Assembly: GCA_951406725.2 (NCBI GenBank)
Contig: OX597831.1
Span: 60,884,001 to 60,948,000 of the forward strand
Source: Octopus vulgaris
Taxonomy: Eukaryota
Direction: 5' to 3'
Length of the DNA: 64,000 bases
Shown here: piece by piece, positions 56,985 through 64,000 of the stretch
How positions within the stretch are numbered: position 1 is the stretch's first letter
Layout of the letters: every line of letters starts with the position of its first letter
Position numbers and translations under genes: made by a program
Notes under the pieces: generated by a model
The model's input: the letters and a program-made list of their open reading frames with translations, nothing else
Database searches by the model: none
Told to the model about the DNA's origin: nothing

Positions 56985-57200
56985 TTTATTTCTTAGTTGT
57001 TTCAGCCATTTCACGACGACCATGATAGAAAACCAACTTACAGAGCTTTTTAGTCGAGGAAATCACCCCAGGCCTTATTCTTTGTGAGCGTAGTACTTAT
57101 TCTATCGGTCTCTTTTGTCGAACAGCTCATTTACGGGGATGTAAATACATTACCCTCGGTTGTCAAGCGATGGTGCGGGGACAAACAGTGATGCACACAC
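56985..57200 (-). mobile_element. SINE family A 3' part
   Basis: ttgtttcagccattt...tagtacttattctatcggtctcttttg...ggttgtcaagcgatggt. Confidence 0.7.
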
Positions 57201-57261
57201 ACAACCATAAATAAATATAAATGTATTTATGTATATATACATATATGTATATATATATATA

Positions 57262-57326
<65 letters not shown>

Positions 57327-57388
57327 TTATAGACACACACACATATATATGTATATACCTACATACTTACATACATACATATATATAT

Positions 57389-58435
57389 CAGGCTGAGTAA
57401 AGATTAAGCAACATTTTGAAACATGAAATTCATCACAATATATTTCAACAAGGCAGAAATTTTATTCATCAAAGTAAGTACCATTACAATCAAGACATTT
57501 TCCCTGACGGCTTACAAGTTTATATATTCCTCTAACATAGGAGTCTGGATTTCTGTAGCCGATGAACTGTTTCGACGTACCATCAGCCTCGGTTTGATTT
57601 TTGAACTCCTCTTGCAAGAAAACCAACAATGTGATTGAAAAAGTGGTAGTCGGTAAAACAAAGGACTAGGGAACAAGCTGTGTGGGGAATTTGTAGCTAA
57701 GCTCCTTCAACTTTTGGAGCGTCATTATTGAAACGTGGGGTCGATCATTGTTATTACGAATTATTGGTCGCCTTCTGTTGATCAGTCTTGGACGGAGAAG
57801 TAGCAGTATTTCGTTCATTTTGGCAATTTCATAGGAATATGTTTCTACAGTAATGGTTTTCTGGGTTTTAAGATGTTATAGCGAATGAATCCAGCATTAC
57901 ACCACCAATCAGTCACCAGAACCTCTTTTTTGAAGAGCTTAGGTTTAGGGAAGGTTTGCATTTTTCAAGGTGCTTCATTATGATCCAACCACTGCGAAGT
58001 ACTTGTTTTATTATTGTACAGAAATTGATTGGTCTGGTTACAGAGAAGAAGCGGCGAGCAAATTTCGTTTCTGCGCTTTTCCTGATTTTCATTCACAACA
58101 TTTGTTAAACTGTTTTGATTTTCCGGTCGCATGCAAATGGTGCAGTCATTTTCTTTTGCCAGTTCTCGGGGATTTTTACGTGGCTCTTTCACAATGACGG
58201 TCTTTAATTGACCGTCATCGATGACCGATGGGCGTCCATTACGGTTACGATCATCAAGGCTCAGGTCTCCACTGCGAGATCGTTTGAACCATTTTTGAAC
58301 TGATCATTCACTGGTCATTTTTTCACCAAAGGTTTCGTTCATATCACGAGCAGTTTCAGTTGCTTTACGTCCCTTTTTGAAGTTGAATAGTAAAACTGCT
58401 CGAATACTGCTTACATTTCAGTTGATTGTAACAAA
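57389..58435 (-). pseudogene. Second mariner relic, related to 46430-47438
   Basis: Colinear similarity (gaagagct.ggtttaggga, gcagtttcagttgctttacgtcc, gaaaaagtggtagtcggta). Confidence 0.85.
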
Positions 58436-58739
58436 GGTGAAAAAATATCAATTGATATATTTGGGCAATTCTATATGTATGTTATCAGATATTTCAAAAA
58501 TACATTCAGTATTATATATATATATATATATCGGTTACCGTCTACCAAATCAACTCTCAAGCTTTTCATCTGCCCGAGGCTACAGTAGAAGACACCTGCT
58601 GATGGTGGCACGCGGCGTAAAGACGATTAGCACAGGGTGATCGTGAACTCTGCTGTGCTTGCGCACTACGTTTTAGCCTTCTAACTAACTCCCTCTGTTT
58701 ACAGCAGTGCTTGGAAAGAACGTGTGTAGCGTGTAATCG

Positions 58740-58915
58740 TCGCATTAATCATGACAAAAAAAAGTTGTCATGGTGATACCTGCTCAGAGGCCTACTCAAA
58801 GTTGCAGAAAGTGTATGGGTATGGAGAGGATTATATGAACCACAGCCAAGTGTATGAGTGGTTCAGACGTATCCAAGGTTGTCGAAATCATGTCGATATT
58901 GACAAGCGCTTTACA
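58740..58915 (+). pseudogene. Mariner N-terminal HTH fragment (different family)
   Basis: TCSEAYSKLQKVYG..YMNHSQVYEWFRR. Confidence 0.7.
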
Positions 58916-59004
58916 ACAGAAAATAATACTTTCCTCAGTTACAGATGCTAGGATACTTCCAGAAGTATGTAAGTTCACCTCAACCCTGAAGTCAAAAGAA
59001 ACGC

Positions 59005-59224
59005 TACGAGGAGGTACTGAAAATTTCTTGGCTTTAAGCGTATCATAAATTGCGTGGTTGGAGGCCCAACTTCCCGAATTCTTTACATGGCTTAGAAAAG
59101 CAGAAGGACCGCTAGAGTAAGTGTGTAAACCTGAGATGGGAATGTGACGAAGAAATTCATAATCAGCTGTTCCCCCGGTATTTTGTTTTACTCAAAATCA
59201 TGAAATGTTTAACACTTCCTCGTA
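59005..59224. mobile_element. Mariner-derived MITE
   Basis: Imperfect TIRs tacgaggaggtactgaaaatttc / gaaatgtttaacacttcctcgta with TA ends. Confidence 0.6.
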
Positions 59225-59818
59225 TGTTGTACAACAGTCCTGGATAAACGGTGACACTCGGGACTTTTTGAATGGAACATCTAATACAAAATTACATTGA
59301 ATGTTTGTAGTGTCTCATGCAACCCACTTCTCGATAAGTGTCCCCAATGTCTGTTTTAGAAACAAACGACCTCAAAGACACAGTGAATAGCAGTCTTTGC
59401 TACCATCACGCTCAATACGTGTGGCATATTGAACCTACAGTGTTTATGGTGTTGATATTTTTGAAATACTAAAGAGAAGACATGACAAATTTTGAATTTC
59501 TCTGATGCCAGTTCTGTAGCATTAAGTTATGCCATCTATTTTTGTTTCACTTGATGTTCATAAATATGCAGAGATTTCTCTGCATATTTAATACTTTCAT
59601 ATATACACATATACATACTGGCAAGAAATCTTGAAATAAAACTGAACAATGACATACACACACACACATACATACATTGATACATGATATGGCTACGTTC
59701 GTTTGGTGAGGCTGCGAATCGTGAATTTACATGGAGCAGAAACAAACAGTCGTTAAATTATATAGGTAACTGCTACCAAATTGTTCAGTATTACATTCGT
59801 TCCTTTCTCTCCTCGATG

Positions 59819-59891
<73 letters not shown>

Positions 59892-60534
59892 ATAGGAACA
59901 GAGAGAAATGCATTGTGAGCACATACACATATATATGGATGAATTTATTTACGTGTGTTCGTAGGTGATAACTTGATTACATTTATCAAAAAGTATATAG
60001 CACACGATACAGTATTATAGAATATATTATATTTATATCAAGTAATTCAGACTACAGATAACACATTGTATTAACTTCGTTACTTGCCTCGAGGATATTC
60101 GTCAAGCACAATGTTTACCTAATAAAATTATTAATATGTTGCGGTGTGGATTAGAGGGTTTTCCAATATCTTTGTTCAAGATGTGTATTTCTTTGACGAT
60201 ATGAATGAATTATTCCTGTTGTATTTTATTAAAACTACACAGAGAAATATAAAAACAAAATTACCAAAAATAAACAGTTATGATTTAGTAACTTGAAAAT
60301 AAGAAAAGAATGGTAATAGAAAATGAAAAAAGCAAATTTGTAAGATGTTTTCTAGGCAAGTGATGTGTAAAGAAAGTTTAATATTTGTTTGCATATATGT
60401 GAATACGGCTGTGCGTGTGTGTGTGTGAGAGAGAGTGTGTGTGTGTATGTGTGTGTGTGTTTGTGTATACGTATGTGCGGCGAAGAAGAGAGATGCATAA
60501 CTAGTTTTCTAACTAGTTGACTAGCTAGCTAGGT

Positions 60535-60586
60535 TGATAGAGAGACAGTCAGATAGACATATATATATATATATAGATAGATAGAT

Positions 60587-60660
<74 letters not shown>

Positions 60661-60694
60661 GAAGACAGAGAGATAGACAGACAGACAGACAGAC

Positions 60695-60753
<59 letters not shown>

Positions 60754-60782
60754 GAGACAGACAGGCAGACATACAGACAGAC

Positions 60783-60867
<85 letters not shown>

Positions 60868-60883
60868 GAGGCAGACAGATAGT

Positions 60884-60982
<99 letters not shown>

Positions 60983-61007
60983 GGAGAGAGAGAGAGAGAG
61001 AGAGAGA
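60535..61007. repeat. (GATA)n/(GACA)n/(GA)n microsatellite
   Basis: Direct inspection. Confidence 0.95.
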
Positions 61008-61865
61008 TCGCAGTTATCATAAGTATTCAAGGGCAATAATTTCTGTATAGATTTAATAATACATACTTTAGTTTTCGTAAAATATTGATCTGTATATCAA
61101 TTAGTTCGATGCATGCTCTCCATTTCTAGTTGTGGTTTGTTAATATTGAAACGTAACTCTTAACGAATAGATTAAAGCGGGTGTACGTTTTAGTCTCTTT
61201 GACTTTACTTAATCCATGCTTTTGTAAATTTAATATGCGACGCACAGTGTAAGTTTGGTTTAGTTGACTTCTACATAAATGATGGTTCCGAATTCCAAGA
61301 GTCATTTCCCTGGCAAGCACCCATGCTTCTAAATGAACATATGATCTTGGATTTCTAGACAACAGCGGGATATGATATAGTTTATATCAATTGTACAGCT
61401 ATAACTTGATTTAAGACTGTACTTTTATGTTTCAATACTTGTAATTGGTGATTTAATACACAGTGAAATGGCTATGTAAGTTATATGATAGTTTGCAATC
61501 CCTACTTGGTTTCGAGGGATAGAAGTTAGAAAGTAGATTGTCGTTGATTTCGCTGCTTCTAAGTCATTAATATTGTAAGGGATTGATTTATGAAGGATTG
61601 TTTAATTCAGGACACATTCTATATACTTATGTTTTATAGGTATACATACACACACATATACACATATATATATACTCTATAAACACACACACACATATAT
61701 ATATACAATATAAATATATATATAAATATATATAGAAAATAGTAAAAAGTGAAAAAACTACAGAAGGCTTGTTTTAAAAGTTTAAAAAATATATATTTGA
61801 GTCAATATGTCTGAAGAATGTTATAATTTTTTTTTTCTTTTTTTTCATACAATGACATAGTTTAG

Positions 61866-61905
61866 AAGAAATGACCGGTTTCGCGTTCAGCTTTTCAAAT
61901 TTCTT
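61866..61905 (-). ncRNA. Minimal hammerhead ribozyme, U3-A8 core variant, in a PLE 3' pLTR
   Basis: aagaaat-ttgaaaa-gc/tgaac/gc-gaaa-ccgg-tc-atttctt: 7-bp stem I, palindromic stem III, GUC site, ~100 nt downstream of the GIY-YIG ORF stop. Confidence 0.8.
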
Positions 61906-62007
61906 ACATCGTTATGTTTACGTTAAGAAGTGTGAAGGAGAGTGAAAGAGAGTTCCAGATAAGGGAATGTAATAAGTGATATCTTCCGGTGTAAGGGAGA
62001 TAATCGC

Positions 62008-62775
62008 TTAATATTTCTTGCTTTTCTTTTGGAGTGAGTTTCTCTGTATAAGAATGTTGGAATGGTTAAGTTTGGGCTTGTATTTTTCAATGAAGAATGT
62101 TTCCTTGTTTAGTCTAATTTGTGTTGGTGTTCCGATAGCACATTGGTAGAATGGAAAGATTAAAAATTGTGGTAGTAGTTGCTTTGCGCATTTCTCAATG
62201 TGCTCACTAAAGAGTATCATTCTGGGTTCTGGGAATGCAATATGTTGTCGATGCAGTGTGCATCTACGTCTGAGTGATAGTCCCGTGGATCCCACGTAGT
62301 CTTGGTGGCAGCCCGAGCATTTTATGACATAAATTATGTTTTCAGAAGCACAAGTAAAATTAGATTTGATCTTGAATTTATGTCCTTCTTTGAAGAGGAA
62401 TTCTGATCCTTCTAGCAGGTTTGGACATGTTGTACAGTTCGGTCTACCACATTTTTTTACTTTTGCATCCGTAATTTCAGAAAACAATTTTGCCTTTGTG
62501 AGAATCTTTTTATGTGATTTAGGTTGTTTGTAGCTTTTAATGATTTGGTGTATGTTTAGAATTTCCTTTAATTTGGGGTCCTTATGAAGTATTGGTAAAT
62601 TCTGGGTGATGATGGTGAAGGCTTTGTTTCTGGGGTTGTATGTGGATATGTAAAGTAGTATTTTCGGGGAAGGTGTATTGTTGTGTTGAACTTTTCTTAA
62701 AGTTTCTATGTTGATTTCTGTTGCACGTCTGATCCCATCCTCTATGAGTTGAGCTGGGTAATGTCTGTCACTTAG
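62008..62775 (-). mobile_element. 5'-truncated Penelope-like (Neptune-type) ORF: RT thumb end, Cys-rich linker and GIY-YIG endonuclease
   Basis: Uninterrupted frame: RHYP..LI, CGRPNCTTC, FTCASENIIYVIKCSGCHQDYVGST..RCTLH..EH..R..KE..I..PKLN. Confidence 0.9.
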
Positions 62776-62878
62776 GGTAAACACATAAATGTGAAACAAG
62801 GTGGAAAAAAGAGTACTCAAATACCAGTCGTAGAGTAATATGCTTTATTTAAAGCAGCAGAAAATTCAACAAATAAAG

Positions 62879-62910
<32 letters not shown>

Positions 62911-62973
62911 AAATATAAATATATATATAGAAATATAAATATAAATATAAATATATTTATATATACAATATTG

Positions 62974-63004
<31 letters not shown>

Positions 63005-63682
63005 CATGTCGATATGTGTGTGTATTTATGTTAAACATGTGTAAGTATATAGATACTTGAACATGACATTTGCGTACGTACACCACTCTCTATGTCTATA
63101 TGTGTCTTTATCCCCCCTCTCTCTCTATTTATTTTTATCTTTCTCTGCCCCTCTCACTATCACTCTCTTTCACTTTCCTCCTCTCTGTCTCAACGGTTCT
63201 CTCTAACAATAGTTTTCCCTATATCTCATAAATTCTGATTAACCTCAGCTCTCGGCTTTCTTCAAAATATTTTGTTTCAAAATATATATTTAATCTAACT
63301 ATTGAAACTAATGAGATTCTCTCTATTAGATCTATAATCTCTATTGGCAGTTCGTTACCTTCAGAAGTATCTCAAGCGATCCTCATTAAAAAATGTGACT
63401 GAAGCTGCATTTATATTAATTCAGTATGGACCGAAGCAATAGCTGTTAAAGAGTGGTTCACAACGTGTGTACGCCGTCGGGTCTATATCACTAAACAAAT
63501 AATAATCCATTTAAGAGAATGATGAGAAGCAGTAGTTAGAATAAAGATGTTGAAAAAGATAAAAGGTTAGTCTATTTGTTGAAAATATACAAATTATCAC
63601 CAAAAGTGGAATAACAATTTTCAGTTATTCATGTTTTCAAATATGTAGTCTAATATCCGATGATGGTTAATCATCTATGTTC

Positions 63683-64000
63683 GGGTCTTTCCGGTTTGAA
63701 CAGCAGTTTTTTCTAGCGCTGTCATATGAAATGGTCGCCCATAATTATGACCCTAGTATCGATCTATTGCATTTCAATCTATTTTAGGGTTAGGGTTAGG
63801 CAGAAGGGTATCTTTTTTCTTCACAAATTTAAATGAACAAAATCTGTTTCTTAAACGAGGGACACATTCATACAGTACAGAATGTTTTCACCTCCATAGA
63901 CGTCAGTGCTTGGTTGAAATTGCAGAAATTGAAGAAAAAAAACAACAAATATCTTACAAACTATAGAATTTTCTCAATAAAGCCAAGAGAAAAAGATGTT
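63683..64000 (+). mobile_element. Third Merlin-like MITE with (TTAGGG)3, cut by the window edge
   Basis: Colinear with 18068-18430. Confidence 0.85.

Noticed and set aside
62776-62820. N-terminus of the 270-aa ORF as a true start
   Set aside because: Comes from an adjacent unrelated island; the PLE ORF is 5'-truncated

Overview
AT-rich, microsatellite-dense eukaryotic genomic DNA with no convincing host protein-coding gene. The SINE, LINE and microsatellite content resembles cephalopod (Octopus-like) non-coding DNA, which is an inference. Nearly all recognisable sequence is transposon-derived: three tRNA-headed SINE families, RTE and R4/Dong LINE fragments (the latter at (TAA)n), two tandem ORF1-only L1/Tx1-like elements inserted at one site of a mariner, mariner relics, a Helitron helicase relic, three Merlin-like MITEs carrying (TTAGGG)n, and Penelope-like (PLE) GIY-YIG fragments. 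The most striking signal is a set of short, mostly (TA)n-flanked elements carrying minimal type I hammerhead ribozymes or their remnants (canonical, C4 and U3-A8 cores with palindromic stem III). Several form fold-backs whose axis lies at or near the ribozyme, and one intact-looking ribozyme sits just downstream of a PLE endonuclease ORF. Most ORFs in the track are microsatellite artefacts. Coordinates and alignments were read by eye.
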